A stretch of DNA of 64,000 nt from Rubripirellula sp. (GCA_965216875.1 OZ244207.1:2784001-2848000); one strand, 5' to 3'; positions 18,091-28,510 are shown, numbered from the stretch's first letter. Notes: generated from the sequence alone by a model not told the origin. Numbers and translations: made by a program.

Positions 18091-18942
18091 TTATTTGCGT
18101 TTGACCGGCATTTGGGCACTGACCGGACGGACCGTCGGCGCGGTGGCGCGCCGTGCCATTTGCACGTCGGCCGACGGTGTTGGTGCCAGGTCGGCAATCA
18201 TCGACTTTGGAAGTCGCCCCTTGGGAACCTTGATTCCTGGAAGCCCGTCGGGTCCACCACCGCGCGGGTACTGCGATCTTTGGATCGTCGTCGTAGTCAA
18301 TCCCGACTTTGGCGGCGTTAGCGAGGCTTGGGCTTCTTTGTACTGCTGGTACTTCGGCGAGAAGTTAGCAATCGGGTTGTCGATCAACTCTGGTGGTTCC
18401 GTCCCCGGCAGCACCACGACGGCGGGTTCACCTTGCACGGGCTTTCCGTCGGCCGTTCGAAACGAGGCAACCAACGAGATGCGGCGTTGCTTTCCACCCA
18501 CAGCGTCCCAAGGGATCCAAACGCTATAAGAAGCCCCCAGGTCGGTTTGACTGAAGTGCCGCGTGAATTGTTCAGGGGTGAACTCATACCGCTTGATGCG
18601 GTCTTCCGGATTTTCAGCCGTGTCGTCAAATCCGTGAACGATCAAGGTCCCATCGACAGGGACGGGTCGTGATTTTTCGTCATAAAAGAAGACGCGTCCA
18701 CCGAATCCACGCGTTGGCGTGCGACCGGTTTGCACGAGACTGTCGGGCGCCCAGGTTGCCGCCAACTTGACGGGATTCGGATAAGGCTCGGGAGCCTCTT
18801 CCTTTTTGGCCATGAACGGCAACCGCTCCATGAACGGTTTGTTTTCATCGCCAGTCTTTTCGGCGAGCCCCGCGCATCCGACAGGTCCCATGATCAAAAA
18901 CGACGCCGCGGCGGTCGCAAAACTTCTTCGTGTTACTCGCAT
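18091..18942 (-). CDS. Putative lipoprotein with twin-Arg-like signal, downstream of the secretin
   Basis: MRVTRRSF...GPVGC with AAGGA upstream; core GFGGRVFFY...SYSVWIPWD. Confidence 0.8.
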   Translation of the reverse strand: MRVTRRSFATAAASFLIMGPVGCAGLAEKTGDENKPFMERLPFMAKKEEAPEPYPNPVKLAATWAPDSLVQTGRTPTRGFGGRVFFYDEKSRPVPVDGTLIVHGFDDTAENPEDRIKRYEFTPEQFTRHFSQTDLGASYSVWIPWDAVGGKQRRISLVASFRTADGKPVQGEPAVVVLPGTEPPELIDNPIANFSPKYQQYKEAQASLTPPKSGLTTTTIQRSQYPRGGGPDGLPGIKVPKGRLPKSMIADLAPTPSADVQMARRATAPTVRPVSAQMPVKRK

Positions 18943-19056
18943 CGAACGATTCCATTCCTTCGTTTGGCCAATGGGGTCGAACCCATCATGTTTTGTTGAG
19001 AACGCGATCCCGCTGGTTGGTGATCGCGTTCTTTTTTCTGCAGGTCTTCGTGGCAA

Positions 19057-22000
19057 CTATCGATTCGTCGAACCGCCGAGTCGTGTTGGACGAGGACGAT
19101 CCGCACTTCCCTCGCTCTGTCCGGTCAACTCCATCCAGGTCGATCGCTTTTGCATCCAAGCGGGTTGCTCCACTTGCTGAGCCGGCGCCGAGCGGGCGTT
19201 AGCCGGATTCGCCTGTGCCGGTTGTTGGAAGGATGCCGGCGTGGCTGCACCGGAAAACGCCGTTGCCGAAGCGGGCGTTGCTTGTTGCTGAGCACGCAGC
19301 GATGGGTACGCTGCACCGCGTGAGCTTAGATCGACCGGCATTGGTAGCGATCGATTGACTGGCGCTGATGCTGGCTTGTTGATCACCGGCGCGGAAAAGA
19401 CCGGTGCGGCAGGCGCAGTCGAACCTTGAAGGTTCGGCGTCGGCAACGGAGCCGGAATCGGAGCCTGTTGGATTCCCGGATCAGCCGAATCGATCATGTT
19501 CATCTCGGCTTCTGCAGGAGCAACCTGAGGCTGAGGTGCAACCATGTCATCAACGGTTGGTTGAACATCAGGATAGATCGTGTGGCCAACCGCAGGTCCC
19601 CACAAACCGTAGCCACCGCTCAATCCTTCGTCACCGTGAGCCTCAACCACATCGGCAAGGCACCAGCTCATGCGGCTCGATTCGACGCTCTTGACGTACT
19701 CCATGTCCTCGTCACCATTGACCAAGTAAGGAGTCATGAAGACGAGCAACTCGCTACGAATCTCAGCTTCCTGGTCGTACTTGAAGAAGTGTCCAAGCAG
19801 TGGGATGTCAGCGACATAGGGAACGCGGCGGCTGAAGTTGGCTCGTGATTTCTGAATCAAACCACCGAAGATCACCGTTTGCCCGCTGTAGGCTGCGATG
19901 GTCGACTGCGCGGTGGTTTGCAGAATGTCGTTAATCAACACGACGCCATCACCCGTTGGGACGAGCGTTCCATTGGAATCATCGCGGTCACTTCGCGTTG
20001 CGTCGATCGTCATGACGATCAAACCGTCCGCACCAACGCGTGGTTGGATCTGCATGATGATACCGACCTCCAAGTCCTCGGTGACGACCTGAGTTCCAGC
20101 GACACCGTTGTTGATCACGTCGGTCACCCGTGCGATCAAACGGCCGACTTGAACGAATCCGTCGGTGTTGTCCATCGTCATGATTTGAGGCCGGCTCAGG
20201 ATCTGCAGCCGACTTGCGTCTTGCAGCGTTCGTAGCAACAAGCTGACCGAATCACTCGCAGCACTCAGGACGAAGCCGCCGTAGCCGATGGTGCTGTTGG
20301 TCGTTCCCACACCAAAGGTCGAAACCGCTCGCGTGGCTACGTTGCCTTGTCCAAATGAGTTGTTGTTCGGAGTTCCGTTTCCGTTGAACTGGAAGCCTGG
20401 ATCCGATGGTGGTGTCGCTCCGGGGAATCCGCCCGCTGCAACCCCGCGGTCGTAAAGAAGCGAATCTTGGAGACCCACTTCGCCGCCGATCTCGAATGCG
20501 TCATCGAGCCGGACTTCGGCGATCATGGTCTTGATCAAGACCATCGGCGGACGTCGATCGAGTTTGTCGATCATCGTTCGCACTTCTTCGTAGATCCGTG
20601 GCGACACGCTGATCAAAACACTATTGGTCTGACCTTCCGCAGCGACCACAAGATCACGGTCAGGCAAATCGAACGGCCCCAAACCACCTTGTTGGAACTG
20701 TTGAATCTGGTTGACACCGTTGGTTCGTTGCTGGATGTAGTCTTGCATCGCCGTTGCAACGTTGATGGCAGGTTGATGACGAAGCCAAATCACTTCGGTG
20801 ATCCGCTCGGCAAACCCTTCGCTGTCGAGGCGAATCAGGATACTTTCAACCACGTCCAAGTCTTCTGCAGCACCACTTGCGATGATGCTGTTACTGCGAA
20901 TGTCTGTGCTGAACCGCAACGGAACCAACGAGCTTTCCGTTCCGCCAGTGCTCGGTGGCAACCCAGCCGTGTTGGCACCACCAACTTGTGTCCCAACGGT
21001 ACCCGCGTCGTCGCCAAAGAGATCGCGAAGTGCCGTCGTCAAGGCAGTCGCGTCGCCATTTTGAACCGTAAAGACCTTTACCAGCGAATCGATCCCTGGG
21101 GTCTTGTCCAGCTGTCGAATCAGCTCGGCGATCAATGGCATGCTGTCAGCAGGTGCTCGAACCACGATCGCATTGGCGCCCGCATCCGCGGTCACCACTG
21201 CACCGGCAAGGATGCCCGAGTCAACGATTTGTTCGCCACCCGAATCCACCGCGACGATTTGTAGGTTTGACGATGGCAACGTGATGTTGTCATTGATCTC
21301 TTCACCCTCGCCATTGATCGCAGTTTGCAAGACAGGTGCAAGCTCTTCAGCGGCAGCGTTGTTGAGCTGAAAGACCTTGATCTCTTGGCGAGTCGAATGT
21401 TCTTCAACATCCAAATCGTTGATCAAGCGAGTGATCTCTTCCATGTCGCGAGGTGATGCGCTGATGATCAGCGAGTTTGTGCGGTAGTCGCCTTGGATCC
21501 GAACTCGAGACCCCAAGCCTGGACGAATGTCGTCGTCAATGCCCGGACGGTCGGTGAAGAAGTCGCGGATCGTTTGCTCGGCATCGACGGCCGAAGCATT
21601 TCGAAGTCGAAACACTCGCAATCGGCTCGTTTCCGAAACGGGCACGTCGATCTTTTTGATCAAGTCCATCAAGCCGAGAATCGCTTCCTCGCGTCCAATC
21701 AACAGCAGCGAATTGGGGGCATCGAGCGAGGTGATGCTGACGTCACCCTGACGCGCCGACAACACATCCTGGTAGAGCTGCTGAAGCAGCGTCGCGACCG
21801 CGTTTGCGTCGGCGTGTTGAAGTTCAAGCACCTCAACCTTGGGCTTGGTCAGTTTGCTTTTGTCTTCGATCTCTTTGATCACGTCCATCACGCGTTGAAC
21901 GTCGCGTTTGGATCCGCGAATGATGATCGTTCCGAGTTCGGGCACAAATTGAATCTGCGTGTCGCCAATCACCCCGGCTCCACCATCATCGCCAAGTTCA

Positions 22001-22779
22001 CCTTCAGCTGGCGGATTGGTTGGTGCGGCGCCACCTTGATTCTGAGCTCCGACGCCCTGTTGATAGACGGCGTTTCGAAACGGCGTGTCGCCAATCGGAG
22101 CGGCTGCGAACCCTTCGCTCCTATTTCCTTCGATGGCAGCCAGCAGCCTCAGAGCGCGTTGAATCGGCGCGGGCTCGGCTTTCTCGAGACGAACCAGTTC
22201 GGTCACCGAACCAGAGTCACTTGGGGTCTTGTCCAATGCCTGGATCATCTTTTTCCAGCCAGGCAATGAAGGCTGGGGAGCAATGACGGTCACGGTGTTG
22301 TTGCGGCGATCGACCTCGACGGTCGTGCCTTGCATTGGCTTGGTCGTCAACTGATACGCTGCCCGTTCACCACCACGACTGGTCGTAACCGGCATGCGGC
22401 GCCCTTCGATCCGTTGCAGCTCGTCTTCAAATTCGCGCCATGTGACGTGAACCAGCGGCACGCTGTAAGGACCGCTCTGCGCCGACACTTGCTGGACGCC
22501 ACCGTCAGCCAACAACGATTCGACCTCCGACGCGATCTTTCGATGTGTCGCCTCGGGCGCCATCACGATCAACCGTTCGTTGCGAACGTCAGGAGAGATT
22601 TGCACGCCAGGCATATCGCGGTAGCGCATTCCGATACGCGTTGCGAGCGATCGCGCCTGTGAGGCAGGCACCGAAAGCGTTTTCAGCTTCGGCTGATCGG
22701 ACTTTTGGGCGTAGGTATCACTTGCAAAAAACGCAAGCGTGGAGCTAACCGTTAGCAGAATGACAATGAAGCGTCGCAT
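19057..22779 (-). CDS. GspD/PulD-like secretin with expanded Secretin_N repeats
   Basis: Signal peptide; repeated xVFxLxNAxA...DxRxNSLI units; secretin domain VLIKTMIAEV, ILSRPQIMT, VPYVADIPLLGHFF, ELLVFMTP; low-complexity tail. Confidence 0.92.
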   Translation of the reverse strand: MRRFIVILLTVSSTLAFFASDTYAQKSDQPKLKTLSVPASQARSLATRIGMRYRDMPGVQISPDVRNERLIVMAPEATHRKIASEVESLLADGGVQQVSAQSGPYSVPLVHVTWREFEDELQRIEGRRMPVTTSRGGERAAYQLTTKPMQGTTVEVDRRNNTVTVIAPQPSLPGWKKMIQALDKTPSDSGSVTELVRLEKAEPAPIQRALRLLAAIEGNRSEGFAAAPIGDTPFRNAVYQQGVGAQNQGGAAPTNPPAEGELGDDGGAGVIGDTQIQFVPELGTIIIRGSKRDVQRVMDVIKEIEDKSKLTKPKVEVLELQHADANAVATLLQQLYQDVLSARQGDVSITSLDAPNSLLLIGREEAILGLMDLIKKIDVPVSETSRLRVFRLRNASAVDAEQTIRDFFTDRPGIDDDIRPGLGSRVRIQGDYRTNSLIISASPRDMEEITRLINDLDVEEHSTRQEIKVFQLNNAAAEELAPVLQTAINGEGEEINDNITLPSSNLQIVAVDSGGEQIVDSGILAGAVVTADAGANAIVVRAPADSMPLIAELIRQLDKTPGIDSLVKVFTVQNGDATALTTALRDLFGDDAGTVGTQVGGANTAGLPPSTGGTESSLVPLRFSTDIRSNSIIASGAAEDLDVVESILIRLDSEGFAERITEVIWLRHQPAINVATAMQDYIQQRTNGVNQIQQFQQGGLGPFDLPDRDLVVAAEGQTNSVLISVSPRIYEEVRTMIDKLDRRPPMVLIKTMIAEVRLDDAFEIGGEVGLQDSLLYDRGVAAGGFPGATPPSDPGFQFNGNGTPNNNSFGQGNVATRAVSTFGVGTTNSTIGYGGFVLSAASDSVSLLLRTLQDASRLQILSRPQIMTMDNTDGFVQVGRLIARVTDVINNGVAGTQVVTEDLEVGIIMQIQPRVGADGLIVMTIDATRSDRDDSNGTLVPTGDGVVLINDILQTTAQSTIAAYSGQTVIFGGLIQKSRANFSRRVPYVADIPLLGHFFKYDQEAEIRSELLVFMTPYLVNGDEDMEYVKSVESSRMSWCLADVVEAHGDEGLSGGYGLWGPAVGHTIYPDVQPTVDDMVAPQPQVAPAEAEMNMIDSADPGIQQAPIPAPLPTPNLQGSTAPAAPVFSAPVINKPASAPVNRSLPMPVDLSSRGAAYPSLRAQQQATPASATAFSGAATPASFQQPAQANPANARSAPAQQVEQPAWMQKRSTWMELTGQSEGSADRPRPTRLGGSTNR

Positions 22780-23091
22780 CTGCGACCACCTTTTGACCGA
22801 GGGTAGATTGCGGGATCTGCGTAATGGGCCTCCGGAGCGCTCGCCCATTCAATCGGAGTCATCGTCGAAACCGGTACAGCCCCTACAGTCAAAATCATCG
22901 AATCAGTTTCACGCTGTTGTGGCCGGGAAACAAAAGGATTTGCAGCCCCTTTCATTTGGTGAAACAGAGAACCGTGGCAGAGTTTGCGGCCAGTGTTTTC
23001 TGGTCTTTCAAGAAAATCGCGGTTTTTGTTAAAGCTCTCTACGTGCCGCGTTTGCGGAAAGACAGACCTGAACTCGTTGAGTTTCAAGAAA

Positions 23092-23856
23092 ATGCGTTCA
23101 ACCCATTTTGCAATGTTGACCCTGGTGGCTGCGGTAACGTCCGGACTAGCCGGCTGCAGACAAACCACCGCCACCACTGCATCTGGCCCGTTGTCCCCAT
23201 TGGCCCCCAACAACGCCGCTGTGGCACCGCCGTCATTGGTGCCCTTCGGGGGAACCACGCGCGTGACACCACCGCCCACCGGTTCCTACACCGTCCCCAA
23301 CAACTACATGGGTGGCTCGCCCGTTTCCGCCATCGCGCCCAACGGGTTTTCATCCGTTGCCGCCAACACCCAGCCGATCGGATCGGGTGTCCAACCTGCT
23401 GGCTGGACCACCGCTGGCACGGTCGACTCCTTCTCGGCCGCCGGTCAAGGAAACAATGTCGCCCCGATCAACGGGATTGCTCCCAACAACGCGCCCGTGA
23501 ACAACGCACCAATCAACTACGGCCCCAACCCCAGCTCACATCTGCGAGCTGGCGGCATGCACGTCAATGATCTGACCGGCGCTCCAGCACCTCCGGGCTA
23601 TCGCCCCCAGTTCACACCACAGCCGTCGGTCGGAAGCAATTTCCAGCAGAACAATCCATCGAATTTCCAGCAACGCTCGAACTTTGCCCCTTCGCCAGTT
23701 CGAACCGTGCCGGCACCTTCGACGGGTAACCTTGCCGGAGGTGTCACTCAAGGCCCATCGACCGAGGTAGCGCAAAACCGAGACTTTCCGCCAGCAACGA
23801 ACAATGGCGCCAGCCAACAAAACCTCGACTGGCGACGTCCAGGGACGCAGTACTAG
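23092..23856 (+). CDS. Low-complexity (Pro/Asn/Gly-rich) lipoprotein
   Basis: Lipobox GLAGC after a hydrophobic stretch; FGGTTRVTPPPTGSY motif. Confidence 0.8.
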   Translation: MRSTHFAMLTLVAAVTSGLAGCRQTTATTASGPLSPLAPNNAAVAPPSLVPFGGTTRVTPPPTGSYTVPNNYMGGSPVSAIAPNGFSSVAANTQPIGSGVQPAGWTTAGTVDSFSAAGQGNNVAPINGIAPNNAPVNNAPINYGPNPSSHLRAGGMHVNDLTGAPAPPGYRPQFTPQPSVGSNFQQNNPSNFQQRSNFAPSPVRTVPAPSTGNLAGGVTQGPSTEVAQNRDFPPATNNGASQQNLDWRRPGTQY

Positions 23857-23915
23857 GCGTGCATTGGTAACGGCCCCTCGTTCCCGCGTGATGTATGGGA
23901 AATTGCGCATTTCAA

Positions 23916-24031
23916 CACTCTCCCTTGGGAGAGTCGGGCTCTAAGGCCCGGAGAGGGTTTGTATATCTGGGGATTATCCCTCCCCGGACTTTGCGTCCGA
24001 CCCTCCCGCAAGCGGGAGGGTGATTGTTGGA
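23916..24031. repeat. Family F multi-hairpin repeat (CTCTCCC...GGGAGGGTGA)
   Basis: Closely similar copy at 44963-45097; lies between convergent genes. Confidence 0.85.
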
Positions 24032-24044
24032 GCAGCTCAAGCCG

Positions 24045-24515
24045 CTAGATTTCCATCGCGTCCAACTTCTGCTGGATGAATGCGAGGTGATGGGGAATGT
24101 GGCCTGCAATCCGCTCGATCAGCGTTTCAAGCGTCATCGGCCCGTCGATCGAATGCACGCAGGTCCGTTGAAAATCGGCGGCATCGCAGTGTCGCAAGAT
24201 TGGCACCACCTGTGCACGGACGGCGTTGATCAATTCCAACTCGGTTGGAAGGGAACGGTGAGAACCATAGAGCCGTGGTGCATGCTCGTCGGGGTCCGCT
24301 TCAAAGACCGTCGGATTCTCTTCAGCGATGACGCGTTTGATTCGATCCGCGTAGATCACTTCACTATCCGCCAAGTGACAAACCACTTGGCGGATCGACC
24401 ATTGATTGGGGATCGGCGTCAAGTCCCAAGTCGATTGCGGAAGACTGCCAACGACTTCACACAGTTGTGCGGGGCCAGCCTCATACTGCTGAATCAGATC
24501 ATCTAGGTTTGTCAT
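24045..24515 (-). CDS. DinB/YfiT-family protein
   Basis: QWSIRQVVCHLADSE and GHIPHHL metal-binding His pattern. Alternative GTG start at 24539. Confidence 0.88.
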   Translation of the reverse strand: MTNLDDLIQQYEAGPAQLCEVVGSLPQSTWDLTPIPNQWSIRQVVCHLADSEVIYADRIKRVIAEENPTVFEADPDEHAPRLYGSHRSLPTELELINAVRAQVVPILRHCDAADFQRTCVHSIDGPMTLETLIERIAGHIPHHLAFIQQKLDAMEI

Positions 24516-24591
24516 GTTCACCGTGCTTGGGTTAGACACGATATGACAATCGACAGATCACAAAGGTTCGCAATTCAGTCCGACGCGCAAA

Positions 24592-25239
24592 TCAGTTGGC
24601 GGGCTGGACAACGATTTGGTTGTCGACACGTCGAACACCTGGTTCAAGTCGCATCAACAACTCGCCCATGCGACGATCACGCGCGTTGCTGACAACCCCA
24701 GTCAGAACTGCCGTCTTGTCGTTGACCACCACGCGGATGCCTCGCAGTGCGGGGCGTCCGGCAATGGTACGAAAACGACTGTTCGCATTGAATTGGATGG
24801 TTTCCTGCGACATCGGCTCGACGTCAACGGCTGATCGCAAGCGTGTGCGAATGATCGGTTGATTGGCACCGGATCCCGAGTTGTTGAATCCACCAAACAG
24901 TGAACCGAGGCCACCGAAACCTCCAAGGCCACCAAACCCGCCGAGTCCGCCACCGATACCACCGGCACGTCCCGCGTTTCCGCCAGCGGCACCAGCGTTC
25001 CCGCCGATCACTTCATTTGCGACACCCACGGTGTCACCTCGTTCGACGTTTTCGAAGGCCTCATCGGCGCTCAGACCGGTACCGATGTCACTTTCACCGG
25101 TGCCAAAGTTCGAACCAAGATCGCTACCGGTGTTGCCCCCTGTATTGCCACCGTCACCCTGCTGCTGTGCAGAGGCAGTCAATCCCAAAGCAGCAATCAA
25201 TGCGAGAGCGCCAAAGCAACGTGTTGTGAGTTGGAGCAT
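24592..25239 (-). CDS. Secreted Gly-rich BON-domain protein
   Basis: Signal peptide, GGF/GGL repeats, C-terminal AVLTGVV...LEPGVRRVDNQIVV. Confidence 0.85.
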   Translation of the reverse strand: MLQLTTRCFGALALIAALGLTASAQQQGDGGNTGGNTGSDLGSNFGTGESDIGTGLSADEAFENVERGDTVGVANEVIGGNAGAAGGNAGRAGGIGGGLGGFGGLGGFGGLGSLFGGFNNSGSGANQPIIRTRLRSAVDVEPMSQETIQFNANSRFRTIAGRPALRGIRVVVNDKTAVLTGVVSNARDRRMGELLMRLEPGVRRVDNQIVVQPAN

Positions 25240-25542
25240 AATGAAGTCCGTCGTCTACGTTTTCCGCAAGGAAGTTCGATATTCGAGCGCCTGAAGGCGA
25301 TGGGCGCAGGGCCACTTCTTCTGTCGAGGAACTGGCCTCGAACCACTGACAGTCAACTCGCCAGTGAGAGTGTTCGCGATTCCAGCGACCACCAATTTAA
25401 CAGCCGAGCCATTGAAACGTATCGGAATCGGTCAGGGTATTAGAGGTTGCCGAGCCAATATTTTACCGTCTTTTCCGAATACAACGATCAAATCGTCGTC
25501 CCTCGTGGGGCACCCAATCCACGCAAAAACCAAACGGTATCC

Positions 25543-27432
25543 ATGTTTTTAAACGATTTGCCAGGTCGAACTTTGACTGCGACCGTCCTTCTTGCAGCCG
25601 TCATGATCGCACCACAGACTGCGATTGCGGACGATGAAGTCAAAATTCCGGGTGCGCCCCACCTTCTTCCTGACGACACACTGGCCTACATCCGGGTCGA
25701 CAATGCAGACGAGTTGCGTGAACAGATGGACGCCTCATCGATCGGCAAAATGCTGTCCGATCCTAAGATGAAACCGTTCGCGAGCGATATCTATCAAACG
25801 ATGGATGAGCTTTTCGGAATGATCAGTTCTCAGCTGGGCGTTTCCCTCGACGAACTCCTTTCAATCCCCAGCGGCCAAGTCTGTGCTGCTGCGATGCCCG
25901 GCATCCTGCCCGAGCCGGACGACACTCGGACCGAGAATGCCGACGAAGATGACGAGTCACCCGATGCCATTCGACGACGCATCGCGCGAAAGCGTCGCCA
26001 ACAAAATGCGATCGCCGGCATGTTCATGATCGACGCCGGAAAGAACGTCGACAAACTGCTGACCCTGATTGAACGGTTGGAAGAACAGCTTCTCGAAAAC
26101 GGGTACGTTCGCCGAACGGAAAAGGTCAAAAAGACGCAGCTCGTTCGACTGCTGCCACCGCGGCAAGGTCGGCCGGAGATCGAGTACTTTGAACGCGACG
26201 ACGTCGTTGTGTTTGGCATCGGGCACCAAACGGCCGGTCGCGCTCTCGACCACTGGCTCGATCAAAGCGACGAACCCACGCTTGCCGACAATGCCGACTT
26301 CGCTTCGGTCATGTCACGCTGCGTTGGCGCCGAAGACACTCGTCCTCAATCGACCTTTTTCCTCGATCCCTATCACCTTGTGGAACGGATCGTCAAACGA
26401 GGCGGTGCCGCAGGTTTTGTATGGCCCATCATCGAAGAACTTGGCATCGCAAAGATTCGCGGAATTGGCGGGAGCGCGTTCTCTGGCGGCGATGAGTTTG
26501 AAGACATCACTCACTTGCACGTCTTGATCGATCCACCGCGCGATGGCTTCTTCGGAGTCTTACGGCCTGAATCGGGTGAGACCCAGCCGCCCAACTTCAT
26601 CCCGCATGATGTGACGACCTACACCTCGATCCATTGGAATTACGAAGCGACCTACGACAACTTCGACAAGATCCTCGCCAAATTCCAAGGCGAAGATCCG
26701 ATGAAGCGTTTTGTTGAAGATCCAATGAAAAAGGAAATGGATATCGACCTTCGTAAAGAAATCATCGAAAACCTGACGGGCCGCTACGTTTCTTGCAACT
26801 GGATGCAACGTCCCATCAAGATCAACAGCCAATCGCAAGCACATGCGCTGGAGCTCTCGGATCCGGTCAAAGCGAAAAACGTGATCGCCAAAATGCGTGC
26901 GAAGGATCCCGATGAATTCGAGGCTGCCACCATCGGTGGCCGCGTCGTCTACCTGAACCGTCGGAATCAGCAGCGACGGGACAACTTTCCGAAAGGCCTT
27001 CGCCGCCCCGAACCCTGCTTTATGATCCTCGGCGACTACTTCATCTTCGCTGACAGTCGTGAGCTGATGGAACGGATCGTGCAAGCTAATTCGGGGGCAA
27101 TCAAGCAGCTTAAGAACGTTCCCGAGTACGAATTGATGATGGCTGAACTGGGCGGAAAACTTGACGGTGAAAAGCCGTTCCTGGTTTCGTTCGCTCGGGT
27201 CGCCGACTATTTCCAACAGATGTACGAACTGGCGAAGTCGGACGACACGAGCCGGTTCCTGCGTAACGCCGGTGAAGAGAACCCAGTGGCTCAGAAGGTC
27301 TATCAATTGCTCGAACGCAACGAGCTGCCACCCTTCTCGGAGTTCAAGAAGTACTTCGCACCAAGCGGTTCGTTCGCGTATGACGAACCCACCGGAATGC
27401 ATATGGCTTCGTTCACACTCAAAGGCGAGTAG
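25543..27432 (+). CDS. Secreted planctomycete protein (DUF3352-like)
   Basis: Signal peptide ending AIA-DD, APHLLPDDTLAY start and C-terminal FTLK. Family name is tentative. Confidence 0.75.
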   Translation: MFLNDLPGRTLTATVLLAAVMIAPQTAIADDEVKIPGAPHLLPDDTLAYIRVDNADELREQMDASSIGKMLSDPKMKPFASDIYQTMDELFGMISSQLGVSLDELLSIPSGQVCAAAMPGILPEPDDTRTENADEDDESPDAIRRRIARKRRQQNAIAGMFMIDAGKNVDKLLTLIERLEEQLLENGYVRRTEKVKKTQLVRLLPPRQGRPEIEYFERDDVVVFGIGHQTAGRALDHWLDQSDEPTLADNADFASVMSRCVGAEDTRPQSTFFLDPYHLVERIVKRGGAAGFVWPIIEELGIAKIRGIGGSAFSGGDEFEDITHLHVLIDPPRDGFFGVLRPESGETQPPNFIPHDVTTYTSIHWNYEATYDNFDKILAKFQGEDPMKRFVEDPMKKEMDIDLRKEIIENLTGRYVSCNWMQRPIKINSQSQAHALELSDPVKAKNVIAKMRAKDPDEFEAATIGGRVVYLNRRNQQRRDNFPKGLRRPEPCFMILGDYFIFADSRELMERIVQANSGAIKQLKNVPEYELMMAELGGKLDGEKPFLVSFARVADYFQQMYELAKSDDTSRFLRNAGEENPVAQKVYQLLERNELPPFSEFKKYFAPSGSFAYDEPTGMHMASFTLKGE

Positions 27433-27434
27433 GA

Positions 27435-27630
27435 GTAGGCCGGATCAAGGAGCGACAGCAACGTAGATGCGGCAGCTCCATTCCCCTTAGCGACCTTTGC
27501 AATCCCCGTAGCTACCTTCGCCAGAAGGTGGAATGCGTTAGATAGTCGCTCGCCACCACACCACGCTCTGGCGAGCGTAGCTACGGTGTGGTTTGAGCCT
27601 TGGAAGATTGTCATGCAGAGCATGACCTAC
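27435..27630. repeat. Nested REP cluster: family C (left) plus family D (right) enclosing a complete family A hairpin
   Basis: C GTAGGCCGGATCAAGGAGCGACAGC... at 27435-27474; A at 27507-27585; D GTCATGCAGAGCATGACCTAC at 27610-27630. Confidence 0.9.
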
Positions 27631-27726
27631 TTTCGCACGCCAAAAACACCCACAGTGATCCTGCGGGTGTTTTTCTCTTGTTCTGCTTTGAACGCTAAGT
27701 GCGTCTTGGTCAGCCGAGTCGGCTGA

Positions 27727-27945
27727 CTAGAGGATGCCGCCGTGCGTACGAATCGGCGTCATGTGGCTGGGCGAATCGAGGAACCAGAATCGCTCCCATT
27801 CATCCACCAGCGAACGCAAGTCTTCGGAGGTGTAAAGCAATTGCTGTACGCGTCGTTCGGGTCGTGCCGAGTAAATCGGAACGAGGCATCCAGCTGTCGT
27901 GCTCAAGCATGCCGCCAGCAGGGTGAGTTGAAACAAACGTCGCAT
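27727..27945 (-). CDS. Small 72-aa lipoprotein (C-terminal ...PSHMTPIRTHGGIL)
   Basis: GGAGG RBS, MRRLFQLTLLAACLSTTAGC lipobox. It is hidden at the 3' end of the 196-aa track ORF. Confidence 0.85.
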   Translation of the reverse strand: MRRLFQLTLLAACLSTTAGCLVPIYSARPERRVQQLLYTSEDLRSLVDEWERFWFLDSPSHMTPIRTHGGIL

Positions 27946-27991
27946 TGATCGTTCCTCCATGAACGTCACGTGATCGTGATTCACTGTTGTT

Positions 27992-28402
27992 TCAAACGTT
28001 GTCCCAACGGCCACTTGGTGCGTCGGATACTTCGTCTGAAGGTTTTTGCGTTTGGGATTGGATTGGGCGGTCGTCCTGTTGTGGAACCGAACCATCCGAG
28101 TCGCCGCGAAGCGCCTCTTCTTCATCCAGATCCCGCACTCGGGCTTCCATGTCTTTGCCCGGCTTAAAGGTGACGACATGCTTTCGGGGCACATCCACCT
28201 GTTGGCCGGTCCGAGGGTTACGCGCCTTGCGAGCAGCCCGCGGCTTGACCTCGAAAACGCCAAAATTCCTAAGTTCGATGCGGCGTTCCCGCACCAGCGA
28301 CTCAATGATCGCTTCAAAGGTCAATTGGACGATTTTCTTCGTCTGCTGCTGAGTCAGACCTACCTCTTCGGAAATCGTTCTCACGATGTCTTTTTTGGTC
28401 AC
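27992..28402 (-). CDS. HU/IHF-family DNA-binding protein with acidic tail
   Basis: [33 protein letters not shown]. Confidence 0.95.
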   Translation of the reverse strand: MTKKDIVRTISEEVGLTQQQTKKIVQLTFEAIIESLVRERRIELRNFGVFEVKPRAARKARNPRTGQQVDVPRKHVVTFKPGKDMEARVRDLDEEEALRGDSDGSVPQQDDRPIQSQTQKPSDEVSDAPSGRWDNV

Positions 28403-28481
28403 TCTGACTCCCTAACGCACCGATGATTTGGACCGGCGATCGCTGTAAACCCTTTACCAGTTTCAACTTATCACGATGGAA

Positions 28482-28510
28482 AGTCTAGGCTGGTGTGCTT
28501 GGTTCGTCAA
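28482..28510 (-). promoter_or_regulatory. Sigma70 promoter of the HU/IHF-lipoprotein unit
   Basis: Minus strand TTGACG-N17-TAGACT. Confidence 0.7.

Noticed and set aside
23916..24031. Family F as a unique ncRNA or simple terminator
   Set aside because: A second copy sits in an unrelated context (44963) and there is no U-tract, so it is treated as a dispersed repeat.
27946..28317. N-terminal extension of the 196-aa ORF 27727..28317
   Set aside because: Overlaps HU/IHF in another frame; RBS and lipobox place the real start at 27945.
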